From Gekko japonicus (taxonomy: Eukaryota): a DNA stretch of 64,000 nucleotides. The stretch is from the NCBI RefSeq assembly GCF_001447785.1, contig NW_015170283.1:1115006-1179005 (forward strand), in the 5' to 3' direction. The stretch's first letter is position 1, and each line of letters begins with the position of its first letter. Below, piece by piece: positions 36,836 to 50,383 of this stretch. A program made the translations under genes and the position numbers. Under the pieces are notes generated by a model. That model saw nothing but the letters and a program-made list of their open reading frames with translations, did not search any database and was not told the DNA's origin.

Positions 36836-37606
36836 AGGGGTGAAGTGTGTAAGCCTTCTGATTTTACAGGTATTCTGATGCCCTGTTGTCGGGTTTCATT
36901 AGCTTGGTAGCGGGAGGGCACCGAGCAGAATAATGAGACAACAAATATGTGCCTGAGAGGGTGATCAGCAAATCCAAACAGTTAGCTGTTCTTGCCTGTT
37001 TGGCAGGCTCATTCTTACTGGCATTTGGAAAAATCATTGCATCATCACAGAAGGCTTTGTGAGGACTTTTTGATTCCATGTAAACACAGGGTTCTGTTTG
37101 CATCAGATGTTTCATTTGTTGGTATTCTTTCTGCTATGTGGGAGTGATGGCTGTGGTTGCACATGCTGGCAGGCAGGCAAAGCAGATTGGTGGAGAGGGA
37201 GCAGAGAGACAAATGCTGCATCTCCTCACTGATTCCCCACTGTGAGCCAGTTGCCCACTTCACAAACTGGATTAGGAGAATCATAAAGGCAGAACCTAAG
37301 ATGGATTGGGATACTGCATTGGAAGAAATGACTTTCAGATTGGTTTCCTAAAAGACACAGTTTTGTTTTCAGTTTTAAATAACCCAAGTGGAAGGATTTT
37401 TTAATGTGACTAAATTTTTGCATGTTTTTTGCAGAACAACTATTAGTGCAAAATCATTAATCTCCTAACAGAATTTTTCATAGCTGCAAAAGGGGGTCTT
37501 CTGCACTGAAAATGGAAGCTCTTCTGGTTTCCAGATTTAAGTTCCCACTTAACACCAAATTCAGATCCTTCAGATGCTGATGAGAGAGATGTTTTTCTAA
37601 ATCCCT

Positions 37607-37665
37607 CTCATTCATTCATTCATTCATTCATTCATTCATTCATTCATTCATTCATTCATGCATTC
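37607..37665. repeat. (TCAT)n microsatellite
   Basis: Direct read. Confidence 0.95.
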
Positions 37666-37999
37666 ACTTTTACCCCACTTGCCTTTAGAGCCCCATAAGC
37701 ACCCCAAATAAGTGTCAGTAGTACAAAAGCTCCTTTGTTCTCTAGATATAGGCAGGATTTCCCCCGTAACATGCATTGAAGTAGTAGTGAGAAGAGGCAC
37801 TTAATCAGGGACTACACGTGACTTCAACAAATGTATGTTCCCAACCTGCTTATACAGGTAATGTTCTTGTATGGGGAAATTCACTGAAGAAAATCAGTGG
37901 TAAGGAGCATGGCTTTGGAGGAAAGTTGTGAGTGTGGAAAGGACCGAGCACTCTTTACAACTGATTCTCCCCTATTTGGGAATGTGAGACAGCCTGACA

Positions 38000-39120
38000 A
38001 TTAAGATTTATTTATTAGCCAGCTTTCTACCTTGCAGGAACTCATGGCAGCTTACAATGTAAATAGCAACAAAATAGAATAACATGCGTTCAAAAGCATC
38101 AATTTAAAATTAACAATTTCAAACTGCCAGTAGGCAGAAGAAATTAAACTAATTAAATGCCATCATGAATAAAGCTCTTTTCAGCTGCCTCCTAAAGGTT
38201 ATGGGGACCAGGTGCATGTCCCTGGGGAGGTTGTTCCATAATCATGGGGCTGCCACTGAAAAGGCCCTCTCTCATGTATCTACCAGACAAGCTTCTTTGG
38301 CGGATGGGGCAGTCAAAAAGGCTTCTCCCTGTGATCTTAGCTCCTGGGCAAGAAAGTATAGGAGGAGAAGTCCTTCAAATACCCCAGTCCCAAAAGCAAC
38401 ATTTTGACTTGGACTTGGGTAGGGTTGCCAGGTCCGCCCTGGCCACTGGCGGGGGATGGGAGGGTAGTTTGGGAAACTCCTGGAAATTTCGGGGTTTAGC
38501 TTGTAGAGGACAGGGACCTCAATGGGGTGCAATGCCATAGAGTCCACCCTCCAAAGCATCCATTTTCTCCAGGGGAACTGATCTCCGTAGTCTGGAAATA
38601 AACTTTAATTCCAGGGGATCCCTAGGTCCTACCTGGAGGTTGGCATCCCTAGGATTGGGAGTGGATTGGAAACCAATAACATTTCTGTAGTTTTTGGGGT
38701 TAAAAGATGATCCCAGTAACTGCCTCCAACCAGTAGTCTAACCACAGCATTCTCCACTAACTGCAGCTTCCAAACACATTTCAAGAGTAGCCCCAAGTAG
38801 GGTGCATTGCACTGGTCTAGATGTAACTGAGGCATGGATCACTGTGGCTAGATCTAACTGAACCAGGAATGGGTGTAGCTGGTGCACCAGCTGAAGCTGG
38901 ACAAAAAAACTCTGAACCACAACAGCCACTTGCTTTTCTAAGGGGACCACTGTGTCACGCAGGACTTCCAAGCTGTGAACCTGACTCTTCAAGGGCAGTG
39001 TAATCCTGTCCAATACAGCAGAGATTTCAAGTCCCCAGTCTGCCTTTTTACTAACCCAAAGAATCTCTGTCTTGTCAGGAGTCACTTTCACTCTATTCAT
39101 CCTCATCTAGCCCATTACTG
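38000..39120 (-). mobile_element. L2 LINE fragment with a family C MITE at 38420-38651
   Basis: LATVIHASVTSR..; WKLQLVENAVVRLL; MITE ends TAGGGTTGCCA/TGGCATCCCTA. Confidence 0.75.
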
Positions 39121-39356
39121 ATCACCAACACCAGTGTAAAATACCAGAGCATTGCCGTGCGATGTCCCCAGTGTGATGATGTCACTTCTGTGTGACATCA
39201 TGTTAGGGTATCACCCCACTCCTATAAAAATCCCTCCCACCCCCCAACAGCAAGCACACAGGACCTGGCAGCCCTACCCAGAGCAGAAATCCTCCAGCAC
39301 CACCTTCTGGGACCACTCCCCAAGAAAAGACTTGAACCACCTTAACTAGATGCCCC

Positions 39357-40301
39357 CAGGGGTCTTTTGGGGCCGAAGCGCCGCTCAGGGAGCCCAGGAG
39401 CTGGCAAAATGGTGGTGGCAGCAAGCCCCGCCCGCAGCTCGCCCTGCTACAACCTGCCGCTGGCCTCCCAAGGCCCGCATTGGAGCGCTGCGGCCCCGAG
39501 GAGGCCCATCTCCGGCTTCCCAGGGCCCGCGCCAGAGCACTGCAGCCCGGAGAAGGCCAGAAGAGCCCCTCTGCCTCCCTGGGCCAGTGCCGGAGCGCTG
39601 CAGCCTGGAGGTGGCCAGAAGAGGCCCCTCCCACTGCCTCCCGGGGTAAGTGACGGATCTGCGGGGGGTGGCAGAGACTTGAGTGGGGGGTGGGAGAGCC
39701 TCCCCCATCTCTTTGCCCTATTTCTTTCCTTCCCCTTTTCTTTTCTTTCCCTCCTTTTCTTTCCCTCCTTTTCTTTACCTCTTTCTCTTCTCTTCCATCC
39801 TTCCTTCCTCTCTTTTCCATCTTCTTTCCTTCTCTCTCTTTCNNNNNNNNNNNNNNNNNNNNNNNNNNNNNNNNNNNNNNNNNNNNNNNNNNNNNNNNNN
39901 NNNNNNNNNNNNNNNNNNNNNNNNNNNNNNNNNNNNNNNNNNNNNNNNNNNNNNNNNNNNNNNNNNNNNNNNNNNNNNNTCTTTCCTTCCTTCGTTCCTT
40001 CTCTCTACTCTCTCTCTCTCTTTCTTTCCTTCCTTCTTTCCTCCTTCTGTGGCCCAACTCTAGTGAGAAGGGGTTTAAACTTTAAACCCCTTCTCTCTTC
40101 GCCCCCCCCCCCGCTGGCTGGGGAAGGGGAGGCTTTTGAAGATGCCTTCCCCCCTTTTGCTTCCACTTCTGACATCACTTCCGGTGATGTCAGGGGGGTG
40201 TTGCATATGCTAATGAGCTATTGTGCTAATACCCTAGTAGCTCATTAGCATATCACATGCTAATGAGCTCCTGCAGCTCTTTTTCTACGAAAAGACCCCT
40301 G
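39357..40301. mobile_element. hAT-type non-autonomous element (family B, long), containing a CT-rich tract and an N gap
   Basis: TIRs CAGGGGTCTTTT / AAAAGACCCCTG; TSD GATGCCCC/GGTGCCCC. Confidence 0.82.
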
Positions 40302-42982
40302 GGTGCCCCTTAGTCCTAACATCAACAGGTCCTTTTCAGGGTGCCCCAGAGACAGGGCCTTTTCTGGGGAGGCCCCTTGTGGGTTGAAGTCCATCCCTGC
40401 AGCTGTTCATCCATTCTGTTTAGTTTTAAGCATCCTATGTAGACCTTTCTGTTTACTCAAACATAGGCTTAGCTTTGGTTGTGCTTAGCTGGTTGTGTCT
40501 AATTAATTTTGGTGGTAGTTTCCTGTGTGCATATTTTAAAATGATTGATCTGTGTTTAATGGTTATTGGTTATTACTGTTTTGTTGGCTCTTTATGAATT
40601 TTTTTACTGTTGATTTTATTGTGGAAAGTAACTTAAAAAGACAGGGTATAAACTTAGCCAACCAGCAAGGAAATGTGTATTGTGCCAGCTGAAGGGTTAT
40701 TGCAGCATTAGAACTGTCATCAAAGGACAGCTTTGCATTCATTCACATGCCTTTCGAACATGTGAGTAGTTCCTTTCAGAGGAGGACTGATAAAGAAATA
40801 ACAGTATCAATATGGTACATTAAAAAAAAAGATTTGCTGGAATCTCTTTGTGTGTCCCCTCCCCATTTTTCCCACCGTGGGTGATTTCATCGTATACAAT
40901 CCCACCCTTGTCCCATGCTTGATTAGCACATGCTTTCATAATAATAAAAATAGACCTCTCCCTCTGCCTTCCCAGCTGCAGATTCCCACCCAGGCTTACA
41001 TTATGAGTCAGAGCAAATACATGTGTTTAAAATAATACAGAATATCTCACTCTCCTCTCTTTCACCTTGCTATACATTCCCACCCATAGACTCCTCCCCA
41101 GCCTGACTTCATTGAAATGTGCCCCTGAGTATTGTGCATCTCTCTTTCATAGCAGTTCTCTCTAGCTGTTTCCAGCACATGACACGAATAGAGTACTCCA
41201 CGGTGATGTCAAGCATTGCTGCCATACTCATTTAAAGTTATCAGGCAAAACAGATACAAAAGGGCAAGGCAAGCTGGATACAGGCATAATGGGTGAATAG
41301 AGGAGCAAAGTCTGTGTTTTTCTTTTTATGAGTCTATAGGGCTTTGTACACAGAGGTAAAATCTCTGACAAGCAACTATTGCAAAGGCATTATGTGGAAT
41401 TAGATTTTTTGGAGAGAAAAGTAGAACAATACATACCCTGGATTGGGGGCGGGGGAGATATAGGTATTGTAAGGATATCAAAATGCAACATTCCCAAAAG
41501 TGACACCTTTCCCCACATGCAACTTTCCCTACAGCTTAATATATACAAGAGCTGAATGTTCAAAAAATGTGATTTTTTTGTTCAGTTTACTGAAGCACCT
41601 AATGGTCATTAACATAAACTTATAGGTCTTTTCTTAAATGAAATCCCTCATAAGATTCAAAATGTTATTCAGGCGATTACATTCACTTTTTAAAACAGAC
41701 CTGCAGATTTCAAGTTATCACCTGCATAATTCCATAGGATTTGTCCAAAGATGACTTTTAAATATTCTATACATTTTTATGTCAAACAGAATCACAAGTG
41801 TATGATTCTTGGGAACACTAAATTGTGGGGTTACGTTGCAGTGGGTTATTTTCCTTGGATTGTTCTTTGGAGCTTTGAAGTTCAGCTGGATTGATTCTCA
41901 TCCCATGTGAAATAGTCACATTCCATTCCCAGCCATGTGTCATTACCACCCTGAAAATGTTGTATTTAAATTAGACACAGCATTGTGTTTTGTCAAGAAA
42001 TTTGATTCTGTTTCATAGTTATTATTTACAGTTATAGCTAATCATTTCCTTCCTCCATGATGCAAAGGCAAGAAGCTGAGGATAACAGAAATATCTTCTC
42101 TTCTACATACTGTTTTCATTTAACAGTTTATTTACTCATGTTTGTAGCGTGATGTATCCCAGGTCAGACATCCCCAAAAGCATCAGTAACATGAGAGTCA
42201 ATGGAGTGAACAGAAAGCTGGACATGCTGGCAAGACATAGCTTCAAATCTCCACTAGTCTTGAAGCTCACAAGGTGACCTGGGCTTGTCCCGCAACCATC
42301 TCTTAGCCTAACTCGACTTCATAGTCATAAGAATCCAACTGAACACAGACAAGCTAACTTGGGTCCCTCCCTCAGCTGTTGATGCCCTTTTATGGACAGT
42401 GATGACAAATGGAGGGGTAATTTGTAGCCCCCTTTCCCAAATGTCAGCAATTACATGCTTGATAGCAGAAATGATGACATGATAATAAGAAGACAAAGAA
42501 GTAATTCGGGGTTAATTTGAGTGCAGTTTTGTGTGAAGTAAAAGTAATGATGATGGGGTTTGGGCTTAAAATGTGGAATCTCCGCTTAAAAGGTGAATGT
42601 CACAGCTGCAGAAGCCCTAGGGTTGCTATCTCTGGCTTGGGAAATACCTGGAGATTTGGGGGGTAGAGCCTGAGGAGGGCAGGGTTTGGGGAGGGGGGGG
42701 GACAACAGATGGGTATAATACCAAATGGTCCACCTTCCACAGGGCCATTTTCTCCAGGTGAACTGATCTCTGCTGCCTGGAGATCAAGGGTGTAGACTTT
42801 CCAATTTCCCGGGGGGGGCTGGGGCTGGGCCAGAGGCATTGCTGTGCTAGGAGCAAGGGTGGCTCCCGGGGGAGGCTGAGCACTTTCCTGAAAATTTCGG
42901 CGGGGGCTGAAGCCCCGCCGCCCCCACGAAGATTACGCCTATGCTGGAGATCACTTGGAATACTGGGAGATCTCCAGCTACC

Positions 42983-43914
42983 GTAAGGCACAGGGAGGGG
43001 TTAAATAAACCTGACTAGGGCTGCAAATCCCCCCGGGGGGTGGAAACCCCCCCGCCCCAGAGGCCTGTTCCCTGACGCCGTGGAATTGGACCCTGGGGGG
43101 AATCCCGCACCAGCGTGCACATCACAGGGAAGTGATGTTATGATGCCGGCACGCGTGCACACGCGCCGGGAGCCAAACTAGAGTCCCCCGCCGGAAGGGT
43201 AAGTGCCAGTTGGCAACCCTAACCTGACCCAAAAATTGGAATCAAGAACCACAAGGGTAAGAAAGAAGTCAAATAAAGGGCCAATATTAAAAACTAAGTT
43301 AAAACTTATAATATACAAAAATGCATGTATTTATTAGAAAGACAGTTAAAAACATATAAGGGCCCAATGAAAGCCTCGTAAACAAGTAAAGGTGGCCTAA
43401 ACACGAGGGCCAATACACATGACCTGACGTGTTTCCGACCTATTGGGGCCTTCTTCAGAGGTCAAACAATATTGAGGTACACGTAACTGTAACACATATT
43501 ACAATAAGATAACCAATAAATGAATATTGGACCAAGAAAAAGAAGGTTAAGCAGCAAAATCTAAAGATTTGTTTGCTTAAGGACACTCTAGCTCTGACTT
43601 AGCCACACAGGTGCTTTTTGGACCTAAATTGGAAGATGTTCTTATTCAGTAACTGTACATTTGGCACCAGACACATGACTTTTATCTTTTGAGGCACCAG
43701 ACACATGACTTTTATCTTTTGAGGTCTTGTGTCTTTAGATCAGGTCATGTGTATTGGCCCTTGTGTTTAGGCCACCTTTATTTGTTTACTAGGCTTTCAT
43801 TGGGCCCTTGTATGTTTTTAACTGTCTTTCTAATAAATACATGCATTTTTCTATATTATACGTTTCAACAGTTTTTAATATTGGCCCTTTATTTGACTTC
43901 TTTCTTACCCTCAT
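42983..43914 (-). mobile_element. Penelope-like element remnant: pLTR plus inverted pLTR (a further MITE nested at 43016-43221)
   Basis: 15-bp TSD AGATCTCCAGCTACC (42968-42982, 43915-43929); ~173-bp inverted repeat 43254-43427 / 43740-43911; hammerhead motif. Confidence 0.75.
43421..43463 (-). ncRNA. Minimal type I hammerhead ribozyme (Penelope-type), slightly degenerate
   Basis: GACCU CUGAAGA A GGCC CCAAUA GGUC G GAAAC AC GUC/AGGUC: P1 GACCU:AGGUC, core CUGANGA and GAAA, GUC cleavage triplet. Confidence 0.75.
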
Positions 43915-44359
43915 AGATCTCCAGCTACCACCTGGAGGTTGGCAACCCTAAACCATCTTTGTTTTGGTTTTGGTTCCCCCCCGCCCCAGTTCTCTTAGGT
44001 TATGATACAGACAACACTTTCTAGAGGTACAGAAGAGTGTAGATTTGACAGTCTAGCTCAGCTTTTTGAGCCTGCAGGCACCTTTGAAACTCTGGCACTG
44101 TGTTGTGGGCACAGCCATAAAATGGCTGCCACAAAATGGCTACCAAGGGAAGTGGAGCCAACCATAGCTTGCCTTCAATCACATGGTGACCTCATGCTGT
44201 GGTGGCAGCTAATGTCAAAACAATGTTTTTAAAATCTGTATAGCCAATTGAATCTCCAATGGGCAGTCAGAAGCCTTGCTGGGGGAAAGCCCAATCTGGA
44301 CCCGCCCACTTTCTAAAAACACTAGTGTGAGTGGCCAATGCATAGATAGGGCTTATTGG

Positions 44360-44575
44360 CAGGGCTGCCAACCTCAAGGTGGTGCCTGGAGATCTCCTAG
44401 AATTACAACTTATCTCCAGACGACAGAGATCAGTTTTGGAGAAAACTGTTGCTTCGGAATGTGGACTACATGGCATTATTCCCCCCCTGAGCTCTTTCCC
44501 CTTCTCCAATCCCTGCCCCCCAGGCACTACCCCCCAAATCTCCAGGAATTTCTCAACCCAGATTTGGCAACCCTA
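44360..44575. mobile_element. hAT-type MITE (family C)
   Basis: CAGGGCTGCCA ... TGGCAACCCTA; family body. Confidence 0.7.
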
Positions 44576-45414
44576 TTTGTTGGCAAACACCTGAGGCACC
44601 GAGTGGTGAAGGGAGGTTTACCAAACCACCCTTTCATGGCCTTGTGCAAACAGGATGGGGGACTGCCCTGGTGCTGAGTGGTATCAGGCAAATCTGTAGC
44701 TGCTTAAGCAGCACGATGTAGGGAAGGATGAGTTTTAACACCTTTCAGTGCAGTTTTATACGGATAAACAAAGCTGATGGTAGCACTGGCTGAGTTTGGA
44801 GTGAGAGCTGAGTTGCCCAAATGCTAGTATCTAGAGCCAGTTGCTTGTTATGAGTAACCCACATGGGGGGGGGGAAGTAGAGGGGTTTATTAATGGTGTA
44901 AAGAAACCCCTAAATAAACCTCGGTTAACTCATATTTTGGTGTCTTGTGTCTCTATTGTGTCTTCTTCATGGACAGCACAGAACAATCAGTTGAGAATCC
45001 CACTGACTCAGTGAATACTTTCAGTCCAAATGAAATTTGATGTTTGAATGGAGCCCAACCTCTGAATCTCATTCTTGCAAGAATTAGTCAGGCCTTCTCA
45101 GGATGAGGGAAAACTTGGAGGTCCTGTTTTTCTCTCTTGACGTGGGATGTCCCCCTACATCTCCTTTCCTAACCACTCCTTTGAGCTCAGCGTTCTTGGA
45201 GATGCATGATTTACACCTGTTGTAACCTCTGTTGGGAACAATGCTGATTTGGTTCTTTCCTGTGTTCACAGTTCCTTGGCAACTATCTTTGGAAGATACC
45301 ATGCTTCACTTGGTAAATACACTATACATAACATTTTAAAAATATTAGATGACACATTTGACTGAATGGGAGTATTATCAAATATAAATCAGGTAATTCT
45401 CTGACCTGAGTAGT

Positions 45415-45605
45415 CTAGGCTAGCCCAATCTCATCAAATCTTGGAAGCTAAGCAGGGTCAGATTGGATTAGTACTAGGGTGGGAGACCACCAAGGGAGTC
45501 TTGGGTTGCTGCACAGAGGCAGGCACAGCAAACTACCCCTGAATGTCTCTTGCCTTGAAAACCCTATTGAGTCACCATAAGTCAGCTGCAACTTGACAGA
45601 AAGGG
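45415..45605 (+). mobile_element. 5S rRNA-headed SINE (5S-Sauria-like)
   Basis: GCCCAATCTCATCAAATCTTGGAAGCTAAGCAGGGTC..TTAGTACTAGGGTGGGAGACC resembles the 5S rRNA internal promoter region; followed by RTE-type tail TCTTGCCTTGAAAACCC..CCATAAGTC. Confidence 0.72.
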
Positions 45606-46749
45606 GAAAAAATTGCCTGTGCAGACATCTGCTTATTAAATGTTCATGCCAAGGTAAATCTTTCTCCCATAATTGTTTTCAGTTGTCCAGTTTTACCGGT
45701 CTGTGCCAAAAGTTGTGGCATAATGAATACACCCATGTGCAGCTTTCTGGTGCTGACATGTAACCCAATTTTGTATGCACTGATGATTACAGTTTTCTGT
45801 TAAGGGCTCATTAAGTATATCTATAAATTTTAAAAGTCTTGTGAAAGTTCTGTTCCTCTATTTACCAATTTTTCTTCTTTATGGCTGCAGTTCGGAGCTC
45901 CAAACATGAACACAATATGCTGGTTTACAGAAGTGAGCAAGATGACTGTCCCCTTCCATATGCAACCAGAAAATTTCAGAACAGAATCAATAAAATGCCC
46001 TAGAGTCATTATTGCAATGGATGGAATTGCAATGAATTGGGATGAAATAGATTAAGGAGATAAGCGTTCAGGGTTTTTTTCTTGAAGAGAAGGTGACCAG
46101 ATTGATCTGAGAACGACTGTCCTCCATCTTGTAAACTTGTTTTTCTTCTAGCCTTTCATTTCTAGTGGCCCTTTTAATTGTTGAGGAAATTTCCATAGAT
46201 TACCTCAATAGTCACATATGCCTATCGGTTATTTAATAGTCTGGTTCCTGAGCTCTTTTATTTGGTAGCTATAAGTAAACATGTAAACAAAAGAGCCCCA
46301 AGCTATGTGCTGGTTCTGAGGCTAGTAGCAAGCAGTGCTCATAACAGCTGTCTCAGCAAGCTACTTTGAGCTTGTGATATGTGCCAACAATAAAGAGGTC
46401 AGGCTGAAGGCATAGAAAGAAAGGGTCATTCACAGTATTCACTGCAAACATGTCAGCACATCAGGCCTTTAGCTCCCCTATCAGCCTGAATCTTGGACTG
46501 CTGCCTAGGTCAAAAAGAGCAGCAAGGTGGCATTTATTTACAGTCAGAGAACTGTATCTGTTTTCTCATAGCTCTGTTTATTGTTCATCTGGTAAAAAAA
46601 ACCCTGGACTCTGTAATTGTTCATATTTATAAAGTACCAGAGAAACCCTGCAGAGATAATGACAAGGAACAAACACATCTGAGATTTGTTTTATTTAATT
46701 AAAACATGTATTGGCTGATTCTGCTTTGCTTAAAGCAATTTACAAGCAT

Positions 46750-47340
46750 AGACCATCTCAGGTTCATATTCTTGCTCATTCTCTAATGTGATTTATGCCA
46801 TCATGTGTCAACAGTGCCCTTCCACCCTCTACATTGGACAAACAGGCCAGTCCTTTCGACAAAGAATTAATGGACATAAGTCTGACATTAGGAAATACAA
46901 CATTCAAGAACCAGTGGGGGGACATTTTAACCTTCCAGGACATTCATTTGCTGACCTAAAAGTAGTAGTTCTCTTACAAAGGAATTTCAAAGAATTAGAA
47001 AGAGAGACTGTTGAATTGTAACTGACAATGAAGCTCAAGACAATGTATCCACCGGGACTGAATCGAGACCTAGGTTTCCTGTCTGATTACCAATGCTGAT
47101 TTCTCCATGCCTATTACCCCTCTACATATCTCACCTAAATCCAATCACACCTGCTATTGTCATTTACCTGCTATTGTCATTTGGCATCTGAAATCACTCC
47201 AGTTTCCAATAAATAGAACAGACAGACTCCCATTCCAGCTGTATCTAAAGAAGTGAGCAGTGACTCACGAAAGCTCCTAACCTGCCACAAATTTTATTAG
47301 TCTTTAAGGTGCTACTGGACTCTTGCTCTTTTCTACTGCA
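46750..47340 (+). mobile_element. Penelope-like element 3' end (GIY-YIG endonuclease + pLTR)
   Basis: IYAIMCQQCP..LYIGQTGQSFRQRINGH..VGGHFN..H; pLTR with degenerate hammerhead CTAAAGAAGTGAG..CTCACGAAAGCTC (~47245-47276). Confidence 0.9.
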
Positions 47341-49199
47341 AAAGAAGAAATTGTAAAAGCAACAGAAAAAAATATATATATATGATATTTGGTCAGAATG
47401 CATGCAACACAAACTTCACATGCATTTATTGATGCGGGTACTCCTATTTACATATAAAATGGGGGATGGGTCTTTTTTTAAACATGAAATTAAGTATATG
47501 GGGAGGATAGTTAAACCCTCTTCTCTTTCTACCTTACCACACTCTGCTCTGTTGCTGAAAGTACTTTTCTCCCAACCCAGTTCTAACACTGAAAGTAAAC
47601 CAGACTAAGGAGAAAAGTACTTGAAGCAATGAATGTTTAGTGTGCTTGTAATTAGGGAAATATTTTAATAAAATACTTTAATAAAAACTATTTGATTTAC
47701 TCTTCAAATTTGGAGTCTTTCTACTGTAGTGGGCCTTGGTATAAACAGGTGTACAGGTCCCATGTACCTCTCTGGCCTTGCCTGCTGCCTAGCTAATTTC
47801 CCAAAACAACAAGGCAGGCCATTGGCGGTAACAACACTTCATTTCATGTATTTTAAACCAAGCCCTGTTTTATATCTGAATGACACAGTGCTATGAGTAG
47901 ATTACTCACGGCTTCTCTGGTCACGTCTAGTTCAGCTCTTAGCCAGCTGAATCCAAAGCTACCTGAACTAGGGGGTCTTTCTGAAGCCAGTTAAAATGTT
48001 GCAAGTTCGTGCTTCCTTTGAAAAACTGTACCTCAGCTTCAGGGCAGTCACTATTTCCTCAAATGGTGTTAGTTGTTAGGAGGTAGTCCCTGGTAGCTTT
48101 CAGTATCCAGCAGAGATTGGTGAGTCTCTCAGGAGAGAAGAGGACAAAGGAGTGTATGTATAAAGAACATCAGCTTAAGAACACCATAACATAAAAATGG
48201 CCATACTGGATTATACCAGGGGTCGGCTGCTTTCCTACCACCATATCCCCCCTACCCTACACACGGTGAATCATGACATCTCTCACCCCATTCTGTCCCC
48301 CTGAGCACATCTTTTCCATCAGTAGGCAAAGGAAAAAAAATAAAGATACACCCATAGTTAGTATAGAGACCCACCTCTCACCTGAGTCTTGGAAACATAA
48401 AACACAAAGCCAATACAAATCCAGACCCACCTCTCACCTGGTTAATCAACAAACAAACAACAGGTAGCACACCCTCACTCTCCTTCCTCCAAGTATCAGA
48501 GGCCAGAGATCCCAGTCTTCTCTTTGGGTAGTTCTCCCTGCCTTGGTACAACCAGGTGGAGACCGAGCAGTGCTGGTTCAACACTTCTTCCTGTTAAATC
48601 CAGGATGCTGAGCCACAGGTTCAATGTAAGCAAAAAACAAGCAAAAAAATCCTCAAAGATTCCAGCACTATGAAAGGACCAAAGCCAGGTATTTATNNNN
48701 NNNNNNNNNNNNNNNNNNNNNNNNNNNNNNNNNNNNNNNNNNNNNNNNNNNNNNNNNNNNNNNNNNNNNNNNNNNNNNNNNNNNNNNNNNNNNNNNNNNN
48801 NNNNNNNNNNNNNNNNNNNNNNNNNNNNNNNNNNNNNNNNNNNNNNNNNNNNNNNNNNNNNNNNNNNNNNNNNNNNNNNNNNNNNNNNNNNNNNNNNNNN
48901 NNNNNNNNNNNNNNNNNNNNNNNNNNNNNNNNNNNNNNNNNNNNNNNNNNNNNNNNNNNNNNNNNNNNNNNNNNNNNNNNNNNNNNNNNNNNNNNNNNNN
49001 NNNNNNNNNNNNNNNNNNNNNNNNNNNNGCTTACACACAGAATAAAATTCAACAATACAAAATCATCAGCATCAATTAATATAAATAACAATGTTAAAAC
49101 CAGTAACCTAATAAAGTGCTAGCAGACATAATTTCCTCATTTTACAGTCAGCTTTTTGGTCTTTTTCAGTTTTCTTGGGTGATTAGCTTAGGCAGCAAT

Positions 49200-49976
49200 T
49201 GAAGGGTCCAGCGGATCAGGGCTCTCCCACCATAAGGTGTCAATTGTTGGGAGTAGAGGTGGTGGTGGTAATGGTGGAAGCTCCAAAGGCCTGGTGGAAG
49301 AGCTCCGTTTTACAGGTCCTGTGGAACTGTAAAAGGTCCTGCAGGGCCCTGATCTCTTCTGGGAGCTCATTCCACCAGAGTGGAGCCACCACTGAAAAAG
49401 CCCTGGCCCTAGTTGTCACTAGCCTGCCCTCCTTACTTGGGAGAGGCAGCCGATCCTGGGTCCCTGAATGCAGCACTCTCTGGGATACATATGGGGAAAG
49501 GCGGTCCCTCAGGTATGTAGGTCCCTGGCCATAAAGGGCTTTAAAGGTAAGAACCAGCACCTTGAAGCGAATCCGGTATGCTATAGGCAGCCAGTGCAAT
49601 GTCTTTAGCACACGTTGGATGTGCTCCTGAGCTGCAGCTTCTGGATTTGTGACAAAGGCAGCCACAAGTAGAGGACATTACAGTAATCCAGTCTCAAGGT
49701 GACCATTGGCTGGATAACTGTTGCTAAATTGTTGCGTTCGAGGAAGGGAGCCAACTGCCTAATCAGCCAAAGATGGTAAAAGGCCGACTTGGCAGTGGCT
49801 GCTACCTGGGCCTCCATTGTTAAGGAGGCATCTAGGAGCACTCCCAAGGTCCTAACCTCCAGCACTGGCACCAATGGTGCCCCATTGAAGGTCGGGAGTG
49901 GGATCCCTACCCCCGGTCTGCCCCGACTCAAGCACAGGACCTCCATCTTCATTGGATTCAATTTCAGCTGGCTCAA
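49200..49976 (-). mobile_element. L2 LINE fragment
   Basis: LKLNPMKMEV; RLDYCN; LHWLPIAYRIRFKVLVLTFKAL; RAFSVVAPLWWNELP. Confidence 0.88.
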
Positions 49977-50133
49977 AGAAAGCCATGCTTGTGAGGCTTA
50001 AGGACAAAGCATTCTTCTAAAACTAGGTTATGATCTTCTTGAATTAAATTAGCAACTCAGGTTACTCAGGTTTGAAATTAAAGGAACTGAATGAGAACAT
50101 TAGCTGAGAAAAGAGCAAATCACAGTACATTTA

Positions 50134-50383
50134 GAAGAAGAGATTGGATTTATACCCCACTTTTCACTCAGTCTCAGAGCGGTTTACAAACTCCTTCCCC
50201 TTCCCACAACAGACACCCGTGAGGTAGGTGGGGCTGAGAAAGCTCTTTCCAGAAATGTCCTTGAGAGAACAGCTCTGACAGAACTATGGCTTGCCCTAGG
50301 TCATCCAGCAGCTGCAAGTGGAGGAGTGGGGAAAAACCCGGTTCTCCCAGATTAGAGTCCATGCACTTAACCACTACACCAAA
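50134..50383 (-). mobile_element. tRNA-derived SINE (Squam3-like)
   Basis: Matches the copy at 11825. Confidence 0.8.

Larger units (their letters stand above)
42618..43950. mobile_element. Family C MITE hosting nested insertions
   Basis: TAGGGTTGCTA at ~42619 and TGGCAACCCTA at ~43950; nested MITE 42785-42943 (TSD CTGGAGAT) and Penelope insertion 42983-43914. Confidence 0.75.

Noticed and set aside
47240-47280. Active hammerhead ribozyme in this Penelope pLTR
   Set aside because: The core is mutated (CUAAAGA) and P1 is disrupted; treated as a remnant only.
47552-47629. Hairpin with 14-bp perfect arms as a pre-miRNA
   Set aside because: The stem is too short with a large loop, and no miRNA is recognisable.
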